Virus record (IMG/VR): IMGVR_UViG_3300014167_000269 | Coordinates: 1-39,513 of that record | Direction: 5' to 3' (one strand) | Length of the DNA: 39,513 nucleotides | Source of the DNA: a virus | Lineage: Duplodnaviria; Caudoviricetes | In this document: in pieces, positions 26,618 through 37,200 of the stretch | Layout: each line of letters starts with the position of its first letter | Numbering within the stretch: position 1 is the stretch's first letter | Notes under the pieces: model-generated | Seen by the model: only the letters and a program-made list of their open reading frames with translations | Told to the model about the DNA's origin: nothing | The model's database searches: none | Program-made: the position numbers and the translations under genes

Positions 26618-26803
26618 ATGAAATCACCGATCTTGAAGTATTTCGAATGCTCCCATCTTCCCCCGAATCTTCAGCCACTCGCCGGGCTTTTTCGCGACAT
26701 GGCCATGCATCTGGAGGATGTCACTCCCGATGGCCCGGAAAAATCGGCGGGATTCCGCAAGCTGCTTGAAGCAAAAGACTGTTTCGTAAGGGCGAAGCTT
26801 TAA
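26618..26803 (+). CDS. 61-aa helical hairpin protein, Acb2/Tad1-hairpin-like candidate
   Basis: 'F...HLP..LQ...PDGPEKSAGFRKLLEAKDCFVRA'; GAGG SD. Confidence 0.6.
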   Translation: MKSPILKYFECSHLPPNLQPLAGLFRDMAMHLEDVTPDGPEKSAGFRKLLEAKDCFVRAKL

Positions 26804-27292
26804 ATGCAGATCACGGTGACAGGTATCTCCGAGGTTTTCGAAGGCGCGGAGAACGCTACGCTGGCTGGGATTCTTCTGGGCATGGAGAAGATCGGCGAGC
26901 GCGGCGTTGGCCTGGTCGTCGAGGGAACGCCAGTCGGAGCCACCGGACAATTGGCTCATACGGTCTTCCCGCACCTGGAACAAGGGACAGACCTGGTCAC
27001 CGAGATCATCACGAATGGACCTCCGGCGGATGTGTATTCCTCGCCGGTCAACGATGGATCGCGTCCGCACTTCCCGCCCTACGAGGCGCTGATCCCCTGG
27101 GTGGTCGCGAAGTTCGGCGCGACAGATGAAAAGACAGCTCGCTCGATCGCGTTCCTGATTGCGCGCAAGATCGCACGTTCCGGAACGCTGCCGGCAGCAC
27201 AGTACGACAAGGCGTACCAGCAGTTGATGACAGAAGCCCAGGGAATACTCGAACGCGCTATCGCCGAAGCGCTGGAAGGAGCCGGATTCTAA
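26804..27292 (+). CDS. neck/tail-completion protein (HK97 gp10-like)
   Basis: 'TPVGATGQL', 'Y...VNDGSRPHFPP', 'IARKIARSGT'. Confidence 0.75.
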   Translation: MQITVTGISEVFEGAENATLAGILLGMEKIGERGVGLVVEGTPVGATGQLAHTVFPHLEQGTDLVTEIITNGPPADVYSSPVNDGSRPHFPPYEALIPWVVAKFGATDEKTARSIAFLIARKIARSGTLPAAQYDKAYQQLMTEAQGILERAIAEALEGAGF

Positions 27293-27756
27293 TGGCGTTA
27301 ACAGACATCAAGGCGCGGATCTCGGCGGTACTCGCAGGCGTTGCCGGCATCGGCACGGTATTTACACGCATGCGGCCGGTGAACATCGAGTCCGTCGAAC
27401 TCGCCCAGTTCGTTTCGAACGGCGTATTGAACTGCTGCTTCATCTCGCGTAGCGCTGTCGAGCTGGAGAGCCACGGCGACATGCCCAGCATGACCTCCGA
27501 ATGGGACGCGATTTCAGTCCATGAGTTTTTCGCCGTGCAGGACTCAAGCGCCTCGGAAGATAAGTTCGACACCCTTGTCACCGCGATGCTCTGGGCCATC
27601 CACAACGATTCGGAGTTTCCCGGCTATTTCAATCACACGGCGAAGATGACGAGGACACCTAGGGTCAAAGCGATCGATTTCCGGCACTTCGGCGTGGAGC
27701 AGACGCTTTGCCACCATGCGGAGATCACCATTCAGGTCATGACACAAAGCAGTTAA
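27292..27756 (+). CDS. probable tail terminator
   Basis: Size and position before the tube; 'IKARISAVLAGVAGIGTV'. Confidence 0.6.
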   Translation: MALTDIKARISAVLAGVAGIGTVFTRMRPVNIESVELAQFVSNGVLNCCFISRSAVELESHGDMPSMTSEWDAISVHEFFAVQDSSASEDKFDTLVTAMLWAIHNDSEFPGYFNHTAKMTRTPRVKAIDFRHFGVEQTLCHHAEITIQVMTQSS

Positions 27757-27767
27757 GGAGAAATTAA

Positions 27768-28706
27768 ATGATTACGCCTTTTGGAACAGGAGTTCTGTTC
27801 GGTGTGCCGGTGGGGGGCGTCTTAGCGCCGAATCCCACGCCATGGCGATTTGGAGTACTCCAGGACGCGCAGCTCAGCATCAAGGGCAAGAACGTGAAGC
27901 TGCGCGGCCGCAGCCAGCACGCGGTGAAGGTGCGCCGCGGCGAAATCGACGTGGACGTGAAGGCGAAGATCGCCAGCCTCGATCCCAACATGCTGAACCA
28001 GCTCTTCCTCGGCTGCCCGCAGACTCCCGGAATCACGCTGATTTCCGATAGCGAACTACAGACCGCTGGCGGAGCAGCTCCAGCCGCCCGCGCCAACTCC
28101 ACGGTCTACGCCGTGGGCGCGCTGATGTCTTCGGGCGGCTTCATCTACAAGTGCGCTGGCGTGGAGGCCGGTGGAGAATCCGCGGCGGCGCTCCCCGCAT
28201 TGCAGACCGTCGTCGGCTCGGAGAGCGCGGATGGCGGAGTGGTGTGGCAATGCCTCGGCGCAGTGGCCAATTCGGTGAGCGTTGCCAACGCGGCTACGTT
28301 CCTTGTCGACTACGGTGTGAATTACTTCGTCGGCGGCGGTCCGCTGCAGTGCTCCGGGCTCGTTGCTCCGCAGCAGGGACAGTACCAGGTCAGCAATGGA
28401 CTCTACGTCTTCAATGCCGCCGATGCTGCTTCCCAGATGAAGATCAGCTACACCTACTCAGTGCCGAATCGCGGTACCACGGTCACCATCAATGACCAGC
28501 CGCAGGGCAGCGCGCCGGAGTTCAAGGCGCTGCTGTACGACCTGGATAACAACAACAAGTATTTTGCGGTCGAGCTGAACGACTGCATCGCCTCGGAGTT
28601 TTCGATTCCGACGAAGCAGGGTGCTTTTTGGATCTCGGATATTGCTTTCGATGCCTGTGTCGATTCGAACGACATCCTGGGTCATTTGTACGCGGATAAC
28701 TACTAA
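27768..28706 (+). CDS. major tail tube protein with inserted surface domains
   Basis: AAGGAG SD; tube-like N/C halves; precedes chaperone and tape measure; no sheath gene. Confidence 0.8.
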   Translation: MITPFGTGVLFGVPVGGVLAPNPTPWRFGVLQDAQLSIKGKNVKLRGRSQHAVKVRRGEIDVDVKAKIASLDPNMLNQLFLGCPQTPGITLISDSELQTAGGAAPAARANSTVYAVGALMSSGGFIYKCAGVEAGGESAAALPALQTVVGSESADGGVVWQCLGAVANSVSVANAATFLVDYGVNYFVGGGPLQCSGLVAPQQGQYQVSNGLYVFNAADAASQMKISYTYSVPNRGTTVTINDQPQGSAPEFKALLYDLDNNNKYFAVELNDCIASEFSIPTKQGAFWISDIAFDACVDSNDILGHLYADNY

Positions 28707-28811
28707 ACGTTTGTGCAGTGAAATTTCTTTCATGGAGGTTGCCGGAGAGCCAGAGCAAAAGTAGGGGTCGCACAAGTCGCGGCCCCGCTTGAAACTCTCC
28801 GAAAAGTAAAG

Positions 28812-29093
28812 ATGGCAAATAAAACGATTCCAATCGAAGACAAGAACTACAACATCGCCCCGCTGACGTTCGGCCAGGGTAAAGAACTTTTCGCTGGCGC
28901 TGATCCCAAGGCGGACATCAACACGCCACTGCTGCGCTACTCGCTGAACAATGCCGGCACAACTTACGCGGACGCCGATATCGACGCGATCCCTTACCCG
29001 CACGCCATGCAGTTGATTCCCGCGTGTCTCGAAATCAACGGACTGCGGAGGCCAAAGCAGGGGGAAGATCAACCCGCCAAGGCTCAGGAATAG
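28812..29093 (+). CDS. tail assembly chaperone (G-like)
   Basis: Between tube and tape measure; slippery sequence near 3' end. Confidence 0.8.
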   Translation: MANKTIPIEDKNYNIAPLTFGQGKELFAGADPKADINTPLLRYSLNNAGTTYADADIDAIPYPHAMQLIPACLEINGLRRPKQGEDQPAKAQE

Positions 29094-29407
29094 ATTGGCC
29101 TTACCTTCGCGGGTACATGGCCACGGCGCTCAAACAGTTGCCTTCGGCGGTCGACCAGATTCTGATGCCGGATGTCTGGGAACTGTTTGAGCACTGGACC
29201 CAATGGCCTCCTGAATTCGTTCTGCTCCGCGGCTTTGTCGGATATGAGGCGCCCGCGGTAGTAAAGCAAGGAATCGATTCCAAATCCGCCGCAGGCCTGG
29301 CACAGGTGTTCGGCGGGGCGCAAAAAGCTCCAGACCACGTCAAGCAACTGATGGACTGGGCAGAGCAGATGAAACAGCAGTTGGGAGTCAAAGTTGGCGA
29401 GTCCTAG
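29060..29407 (+). CDS. -1 frameshift extension of the chaperone (GT-like)
   Basis: GGGGGAA at 29060-29066; open -1 frame continues to 29407 without its own clear start. Confidence 0.75.
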   Translation, partial: GGRSTRQGSGIDWPYLRGYMATALKQLPSAVDQILMPDVWELFEHWTQWPPEFVLLRGFVGYEAPAVVKQGIDSKSAAGLAQVFGGAQKAPDHVKQLMDWAEQMKQQLGVKVGES

Positions 29408-31979
29408 CGTAAATATCGCGGTCAACTCGGAACTGAGCGGCGTGAACAGCCAGTGGAAGGCTGCACAGGCGACCGTGCGCTCCGCGACGGACGAGATGGT
29501 ATCTGCGGGGCAGCGCGCCCAGGCAGCCTGGCAACAGGCTGCCCAGGCTGCGCTGGCCAATGCGAACGCGCAAAAGGAACTCAAGGTTGCGATGGACGCG
29601 GCGCGCGGATCGAGCGAGAGCACCGCTGCGGCCGTAACGCAACTGGCGCAAGCAAAGCGCAACGCCACTACCGCGGCACAGCAGCTTGCCATAGCTGAGA
29701 AGGCTGCTACGGCAGCTATGCAGGCCGAGACTGCAGCAGCTATCGGAGCCACTGGCGCTGAGAATAGGCACGCGGTCTCGATGCACGAGGCCAAGGGGGC
29801 GGCCGCGCTGCTGGGCGAAGAGACAGGTGTCCGGCTCAATCGCCATTTGCGCGGGGTGTTAGCCTCCAGTGAACTGCTGGGACCGATTCTTGAAGCGGCA
29901 TTCCCAATCGCCGCGGCGATCGGCTTCTTCGATGTGATCAAGGAGGGAGCAGAAAAGCTCTCCGAGATGATCTCCGACTGGGTGATCTACACCGAGGAGA
30001 TGAAGAAGGCCTATGCAGCGCAGATCGAGTGTAACAAGCAGGTCGCCAACGCCATAGACGAAACGCGAAGACTGCAGGCGGAACATTTTGCCAATACTCA
30101 CTCGGCATCCGAAGTCGCTCAGCGCGATTTAACCCAGGAGATCGCACATCAGCAGCAGCTCCGCGAGCAGATCCAGGCGCGGCAGAAGGACATCGCGGAT
30201 CTGCACACCGCACAGTCGGCTTGGCAGGCGAGGGGCGGCACACCAGGATACACCGGGGCGGGTGCCGGGCAGAACGCCCAAGCGAACGAGGCGAAGGAGG
30301 GAGGCTGGAACCGCGAGATCGCCGAAGCGAACGCCGAGCTCGGCAAGTCCGGTGCCCAGATTGAGGTACTTAAAGACAAGCTCAAGGAAGCCAACGAGCC
30401 AGCCTCCACGCTGAAGAAGACGGTCCAGGACACGAGCCGCGCCTTGGAGGAAGCACAGAAGCTCGCGCATTTGAAGCTGGAACTCTCTAACAATGGGCTG
30501 CAGGGGATGGCTAACTCGCTTGACTCTGTGAAGCCGGACTCAATGAACATCGCGGAAGAGAATGCGCGCCGCGCTCTGGAGGCGGTGAAGCATAACCACG
30601 AGGAAGTAACAAAGCTAATTGATGAAGAGGCTAAGCATCGCGCCGAAAAAGCGGAGGAGTTTTACCAAAAGCAAAAAGAGGAGATGGAAGCCGCTGCTAA
30701 GGCGGCACAGGAGATGCGCGAGGAGAAGGACCTCGGGGCGCAGAACACGCGCGAACAAGGCCTCGGCAAGATCGATGTGCAGGAGACGGCGGTCAAGGGA
30801 CAGGCCGCTACCGGGCAGATCACTCCACAGCAGGAGCTGGAGGCGTTACGTAGCCTCGATGAACAGAAGCTCGCAATCGAGCGCGCCTACATCGCCGCGA
30901 AGATGCAAATCGACGCCGGTGATGAAAAGGCCTACGCCAAGGAGCTGAATGACCTGCAGGCCACGCGCGATAAATCCTTGGCGAACGTCAGTCAGCAACA
31001 AACGCAAGTCAAGGGGCAGGCGGCGAGCGGGCAAATAGGCCATCAAGACGAACTTGAAGAGCTGCGCAATCTTGACGAGCAGAAGCTAGAGATTGAGCGT
31101 GCATACGTAACGGCGAAGCAGGCAATTGACGCTGGCGACACCAAGGCCGTCCTCAAAGACCAAAATGAGGAGGTGAAGCTGGAGCAGAAAGCGGCACAGC
31201 AGAAGTTACAAGGTCAGTACACGCAATTGCAGCTCTCGGAACAAGCGTATAAGCAGTGGGCACAGCAGGTCAGCGGGACCATGTTCAGCGGCGTTAATAG
31301 CTGGATGCAACATCAGAAGACCTTCGGCCAGGGAATGAAGCAGGAGTGGAACAGCATCGCGATGGACACCATCAAGGTGTTCGAGCAGATGGGCGAAAAG
31401 TGGGTAATGACTCATGTGCTCATGCGCGCTGCGAGCATGTTGTTCCACACCACGGACGTGGCGCAGGCTTCGTCCGCCGCGCTGGCAAAGATGGGGCTGG
31501 ATTCGGCGACGATGTTGGCCGCCGGAGAGGCGCAAGCCAGCGCCCTGGTCGTGACCGGCATGATGAATTCGATGGCCGCTTCCAGCTATGCGGCGGTGGC
31601 CGCCGCGGCTGCTTTAGCCTCGACGGCGGCAATTCCGATTGTCGGCCCCGCACTTGCCCCGGCGGCGGCCGCAACGATGCTTGCCACGGGCGAGGCATTC
31701 GCCGCGATGGCCGCGTTCGATATCGGCGGCGTTGTGCCGAAGACCCAGGTGGCAATGGTCCACGGTGGCGAGCGCGTGCTTACTGGGCGGCAGAACAGCT
31801 TCTTTGAGCAGATGGTCAATCAATCGACCACGAACAATGCCGGCAGGGGCGGCGACGTACATGTTCACAACAACATGTCTGCGCTGGACGGCACTTCCAC
31901 CCGGCGAGTGATGCGCCGCAACAGTAAGGACATGGTCAAGGAAGTGACCCGCGCCATGCGGTTGGGGAAGATCGGATGA
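29394..31979 (+). CDS. tape measure protein
   Basis: 861 aa Ala/Gln-rich helical; C-terminal 'FDIGGVVP...MVHGGERVL'. Confidence 0.92.
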   Translation: MASPSVNIAVNSELSGVNSQWKAAQATVRSATDEMVSAGQRAQAAWQQAAQAALANANAQKELKVAMDAARGSSESTAAAVTQLAQAKRNATTAAQQLAIAEKAATAAMQAETAAAIGATGAENRHAVSMHEAKGAAALLGEETGVRLNRHLRGVLASSELLGPILEAAFPIAAAIGFFDVIKEGAEKLSEMISDWVIYTEEMKKAYAAQIECNKQVANAIDETRRLQAEHFANTHSASEVAQRDLTQEIAHQQQLREQIQARQKDIADLHTAQSAWQARGGTPGYTGAGAGQNAQANEAKEGGWNREIAEANAELGKSGAQIEVLKDKLKEANEPASTLKKTVQDTSRALEEAQKLAHLKLELSNNGLQGMANSLDSVKPDSMNIAEENARRALEAVKHNHEEVTKLIDEEAKHRAEKAEEFYQKQKEEMEAAAKAAQEMREEKDLGAQNTREQGLGKIDVQETAVKGQAATGQITPQQELEALRSLDEQKLAIERAYIAAKMQIDAGDEKAYAKELNDLQATRDKSLANVSQQQTQVKGQAASGQIGHQDELEELRNLDEQKLEIERAYVTAKQAIDAGDTKAVLKDQNEEVKLEQKAAQQKLQGQYTQLQLSEQAYKQWAQQVSGTMFSGVNSWMQHQKTFGQGMKQEWNSIAMDTIKVFEQMGEKWVMTHVLMRAASMLFHTTDVAQASSAALAKMGLDSATMLAAGEAQASALVVTGMMNSMAASSYAAVAAAAALASTAAIPIVGPALAPAAAATMLATGEAFAAMAAFDIGGVVPKTQVAMVHGGERVLTGRQNSFFEQMVNQSTTNNAGRGGDVHVHNNMSALDGTSTRRVMRRNSKDMVKEVTRAMRLGKIG

Positions 31980-32158
31980 GCAAGAGCCGGAGAAATCCCA
32001 ATCTGGTTGCAGAGTTGGCTAAGTGTGCCACTGGCAATCCTCCTGCATGGCTCGGACCGTGGGCAGAAAAAATGGACGCAATGGCCGCCGAGTTCCGTGA
32101 GCGCTTGCGTCGCATGGAGAACGAGAAGAAAGCCGCTTCGAGAGGCAGCAATGAGTAA
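31976..32158 (+). CDS. hypothetical protein
   Basis: 60-aa ORF overlapping both neighbours. Confidence 0.5.
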   Translation: MSKSRRNPNLVAELAKCATGNPPAWLGPWAEKMDAMAAEFRERLRRMENEKKAASRGSNE

Positions 32159-32840
32159 CCTCTTATTCCCAAAGCTCCGCGGAGTGGGATGGAATAGCAG
32201 CGTCGCGCCTCATCACTTCTTCAGCACGCAGACGGCCCGCAGCGGCCGCACCGTGCGCGCACAACACGCGTCGCAGCCGGTGACGAAGATCTCGATCTCA
32301 TACTCTGACGAAGGTTTTCTCTCCGAGGATGCTCCCAAGCCCGCACCCGACGGATCGGCGGTCTACAACGACTTCGATACCATGTACGGATTTTTCAACT
32401 ACCACGGCGGCGGATTCCAGAGCTTTCTCTTCCAGGGCGTGAACGCCCGCGAGCAGAGAAAATACACGCGCCACGGCGAGCGTCAGTTCGTCGGCGATGG
32501 CGCGACGACCGTATTTCAGCTCGTGCGCAATATCGGCATCTGGCCAGAGTCGATCTACTGGCCGCAGAACGCTCCCGCTATATATGTCGCGGGTGTAGCC
32601 CAAGCTGCTGCCAACGTCACCGCCCTGGGTAACGGCCAGTTCCAATTGTCGGCCGCTCCGGCAGCGAATGCCCTGGTGACTGCGGATTTCACCTTTGCCT
32701 ACCGCTGTGTCTTCGACGCGGAAGAGATGGAATTCAAGGAGTGGATGCAAGGCTACTGGCATGTGGATACTCCGCTCGTGACGGTGAAGCCCGGCACTCT
32801 GGTATCTGGGGCTTCGCAGGCTCCCCCGGTGCCCCAATGA
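32151..32840 (+). CDS. distal tail protein, DUF2460/GTA g12-like
   Basis: 'GGFQSFLF', 'GDGATTVFQL', 'APAANALVTADFTFAYRCVFD'. Confidence 0.85.
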   Translation: MSNLLFPKLRGVGWNSSVAPHHFFSTQTARSGRTVRAQHASQPVTKISISYSDEGFLSEDAPKPAPDGSAVYNDFDTMYGFFNYHGGGFQSFLFQGVNAREQRKYTRHGERQFVGDGATTVFQLVRNIGIWPESIYWPQNAPAIYVAGVAQAAANVTALGNGQFQLSAAPAANALVTADFTFAYRCVFDAEEMEFKEWMQGYWHVDTPLVTVKPGTLVSGASQAPPVPQ

Positions 32841-33760
32841 AAACCGCCGACGCCACGCTGATCACATATCTGCAGCAGTGCATTGACCTGGGCATGGACG
32901 AGCTGCCCTATTGCGAGCTGTTTACGCTGACGTTGACCACGGGCGATGTGCTGACCTACACGGATTTTGACGCGGACGTACTCATTGGCGGTACGCGCTT
33001 CGTGGGCACCGGTCTGGTAATCCCGAAGCGCGGCAACCTGAAATCTCAGGTGGGCACGGAAGTCGATGAGATGCAGCTCGACTTCCTCCTTGGCCAGGAC
33101 GACAACGGAAACTGGGCCAATGTGTTGCGCGGCATGACCATGCAGATGCTGGCCGCCGCGGGATGGCTGGACCAGGCGACCGTGCTGGTGCAGCGGCTCT
33201 TCTGGGAGGTGGCAACTGGCACCGGAGCGCCTCTCCTCGTATATCCGCCGTGGGGCCCCGTGTGGAAGTTCAGCGGATTGGTCTCAAAGCCCGGAGAGAT
33301 CAGCCGGATGCTGGTGTCGCTCGACGTGCTGGCCTGGACGCAGCGCTTGCAACGCCAGGTGCCAAACACGGTGATGCAGCCGGGCTGCCCTTACCAGGTC
33401 TTCGACGCGCGCTGCGGCGTTAATCCCGCAACGTATGCGGTGAATTGCGTGGCTGGCGCTGGAAGCACTCCGGTTTTACTGCAGGCCCCCCAGCTCACTC
33501 AAGCCGATGGATGGTTTGATAACGGATATCTCGTCTTTACCTCCGGTGCGAATCAGGGACTGGCCGCCTCGATCAAAGGCTACGCGCTGGCCAATGGGAT
33601 ACAGCTCGACGTTCCACTGCTGGCCGGGATCGCCGCCGGAGATCAATTCACGGCTTATCCAGGTTGCGACTACACGAGCGCAACCTGCGCGGCCAAGTTC
33701 AATAATGCTGGCCGGTATGCGGGCTGGGACTTTGTGCCCACGCCGGAGACTGCATTCTAA
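32837..33760 (+). CDS. tail hub protein, DUF2163/BR0599 (GTA g13-like)
   Basis: 'YTDFDADV', 'CPYQVFDARCGV', 'GDQFTAYPGCD...C..KFNN...G..FVP'. Confidence 0.9.
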   Translation: MKTADATLITYLQQCIDLGMDELPYCELFTLTLTTGDVLTYTDFDADVLIGGTRFVGTGLVIPKRGNLKSQVGTEVDEMQLDFLLGQDDNGNWANVLRGMTMQMLAAAGWLDQATVLVQRLFWEVATGTGAPLLVYPPWGPVWKFSGLVSKPGEISRMLVSLDVLAWTQRLQRQVPNTVMQPGCPYQVFDARCGVNPATYAVNCVAGAGSTPVLLQAPQLTQADGWFDNGYLVFTSGANQGLAASIKGYALANGIQLDVPLLAGIAAGDQFTAYPGCDYTSATCAAKFNNAGRYAGWDFVPTPETAF

Positions 33761-34239
33761 TGAGAGATCGCGAAAGAATCGCTGAGATCGCCAAACAGTG
33801 GCTGAACACGCCCTACCATTCCGAGGCGCGGATCAAGGGCGCGGGCGCGGACTGCGCGATGATGCCGCTGATGGTCTACCACGAAGCAGGCATCATCGCT
33901 TCCGTCCCGGAAGTGCCCCATTACCCCGTGGACTGGGCCGTCCATAACAACACGCCGGTCTATTTAGACCTGGTGGAGCGCGTGGCGCGTGAGAACGGTC
34001 TGATTGCGGTTGTTCCCCCTCCTGAGCGCACGCCGCTGCCTGGAGATTTCCTGCTCTTTCACTTTGCCCGCGCCTATTCACATGGCGTCATCGTGATCGA
34101 CTGGCCGCTGTGTATCCACGCTCATATGCGCCGCGGAGTGATCTACGTCGACGCGCTGCAGAACAAGCCGCTGGCCGAGAAGATCGCCAGTGGCGACGTG
34201 AAGTGCTACTCCATCGGGGGTGACGATGTTCGGCTCTAA
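33760..34239 (+). CDS. NlpC/P60 tail peptidase (GTA g14-like)
   Basis: 'WLNTPYH...KGAGADC', 'PGDFLLF...SHG...IHA'. Confidence 0.9.
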   Translation: MRDRERIAEIAKQWLNTPYHSEARIKGAGADCAMMPLMVYHEAGIIASVPEVPHYPVDWAVHNNTPVYLDLVERVARENGLIAVVPPPERTPLPGDFLLFHFARAYSHGVIVIDWPLCIHAHMRRGVIYVDALQNKPLAEKIASGDVKCYSIGGDDVRL

Positions 34240-37200
34240 CGCCAAGACGGCCCCGAGCATCAGCACACTGCGCGCGCAGTCGAGTGTCTATGGCGTGGTG
34301 TTGCCGACGATCCGGGGTACAAATCGCGTACCGGCGAAGATGATCGATTGGACCGATTTCACGGCGATAGGGCAGCAGCAGAGCGTGGGCGGCAAGGGCG
34401 GCGGCGGCAATATCACCAACTATATTTATCAAGCCGCGGTGGACCTTGCACTGGCCATGACGCAGGGATGCGTGCGGATCGGCATGATCTGGGACGGGCA
34501 GGGCGAGTACGGCAATGGGCAGATGATCGAGCAGATCACCATTCCGGCCGGCGTCCCTGGAAGCTATACCCCGGTTGGCGCGACGGACGAAGACTACTTA
34601 GCAGATGTGGGCGTCTCGCTGATTACGACTGAGGAAGTCTGGGTGCCTGCCTACGACCCCACCAGCGGCTTGCCGCAGAGCGGCGGCGCGCCGGGTGTGG
34701 GCGATGGCTATTACGAGACGCAGAACGTTTACACGCCGATGACTAGAGTGGGCGGCTCGAACCCAGGCCAGGGCCAGTACTCGATCACAGGCAGCGGCAC
34801 CTCGCTTGCATACCTCTTCAACTCCGCAGACGCGGGTAAGGACGCAAAGCTGGTGTACGCGCTGAGCGTCAATATCGCGCAGGAGTTCACGTTCTTCCCA
34901 GGCTCACGGCCGCAATCACCCTGGGCCTATATGCTGGGCCGCTATCCTTCGCGCGCGCTGGCCTACGCCGGAACCTGCCACGTCGCGGCGGAGGCTTTCC
35001 AACTCGGAAGCAGCGGCACGCTGGACAATCTGAATTTTGAGTTGGTAGGACCGGGCGTCTTCGGCGGCGGGATCCAGGATGCGGGAATCGATCAGTGCAT
35101 TCACCTGGTGACCGACGATCCGGACGGAGGCTGCGGCTTTCCTACGGCGCTGATCGGAGACCTGACGGCAGCGATCGCTTACTGTGCTTCGGCGGGAATC
35201 TTCTTCTCTCCTATCTGTGACCGGCAGCAAACAGCAGCGAGCTATTTACAGGATTACTGCGATGCCGCGAACCTTGCCGTGTGCTGGAATGACGGGTTTT
35301 TGAAGTTCATTCCCTACGGCGATACGCCGCTCGCCGGCAACGGTTTCACCTATGTCCCGGATCTCACTCCAATCTACGACCTGGACGACGATGATTTTCA
35401 GGCTGAGGACGACGAACCTCCGCTGAAGATCGAGCGCGAAGATCCGGAGACGCTTACCAACATCATTGAGATCGATATCCTCGATCGCGCGCTGAGCTAC
35501 AACACGCACCCGATCAAGGATCGCGACTCCGCGTTGATTTTTCGCTTTGGGCCAATTCCAGCGAGCGCGAGGAAGTACGACTTCATCTGCGACGTCAACG
35601 TCGGCGCGATCGTGGCCAACCACATTCGGCTGCGTACGACACAGATCGATGTGCTCAGTATCACTTTTAAGCTCGGCTCGCAGTACGAACTGCTGGAGAA
35701 GATGGACATCGTCACCATCACTTGCCTGGAGGCGGGCTGGGTGAAGAAGCCGTTCCGGCTGAAGGAATCCGACGAAGATCCCGAGACCGGCGAAACCGAG
35801 TGGACCGCCGAGCCGGTAATGTGGGGCAGCTGCAACGCGACGCTATATCCGAAGCAACCGCCGGGCGGCGGCTCGACGCAGCGCGACGCGGCTCCGGGAA
35901 GTATTCTTCCGCCAATCATCTTTGAGGCTCCCGATCCACTGATGCCGCAGGGTCAGTATCAGCTGTGGCTTGGCCTCTGCGGGGCTTTGAACCTGCTGAA
36001 TAACCCAGGATTCGAGAACGCGCCCGCGCCTGGCTCAGGCGACATCGCCGACGGATGGTACGGGCAGTCCGTTGCGCCAGGCTTCTACGTTGGAATCGAG
36101 ACAGGCATCGGAGAATCCTATTCAGGGGAGAGCGATCTGTACATCTCTCCCTGCCACAGAGGTGCTCCCTTGGTGGTTGCGGCGAACTCAACGTCTTACG
36201 CCGCGATCTTCAGCCGGACGACATTCCCCGTTTCTTCAGGGCAGCGATACCTTATGTCCTGCTGGGCAAATATCCAGGCGAGCGATCCCTTAAATGGAAT
36301 CTCCGCCCTGGCATTCCTTGACGGCCGTATCAATTTCTCCGATGGAAGCTACCAGGACTTTTCAAGCAATGTGCTGACCGGGGCTGCCATCGGAACCGGT
36401 TGGCAACAACTCAATGGGACATTCACCGTACCGGCCGCGCCCGCTGGAAAAACCATCACAGGGATGAACGTGTTCGTGTGGGTGCAACTTGTCAATGGGA
36501 CCGGTGCGCCGATCACGCTTAACGGCTGCCCCTTCGATGTCCGTGTCGATTGCGCGATGCTGGCGCTGTTGTCTGCGGAAGATACGACCTGGGGAGGATG
36601 CCATCTCTATGCTTCATCGGATGGGAACACCTACAAGCAGGTTGGACAACAGTCCGGCCCAAGCCGCATGGGCGTCCTGCTGGCGGACTTTCCAGCTTTG
36701 TCCCCGGCAGTGGCTGGACTTGATGCAGCCAACACGCTTTCCGTCGACCTAAGCGAGAGCGGTGGCATGATGTTGAGCGGGACCGCTGCCGATCGCGACT
36801 CGTTCCGTACCCTCTGCTGGGTGGAGGGCGCAAATGGCCTCTACGAGCTGATCAGTTATATGACGGCCACGCTGGTCAGCGGCAACCAGTATCAGCTGAC
36901 GAGCCTCCAGCGCGGCGTCTACGGGACGCCGGTGCTCGATCATCCCGCCGGAATGCGATTCTTGCGCTGCGATGACGCGATCACGAAGCTCACTTTTTCA
37001 GCGAGCGACGTTGACCAGGCCGCGTACTTCAAGGCGACGAGCTTCAATCAGTACGGGCTGGCAGAAGAAGCGCTTTCCGCCGTCACCGAGTACCAGTACG
37101 GGCTTCAGGGCTTATTCAACAACTCCGGGCAGATTGTCGCCAACGATGGCACCGTGGACTACGACTCCACAACGCTCTCGTCTTCCGGCGTGACCATTCG

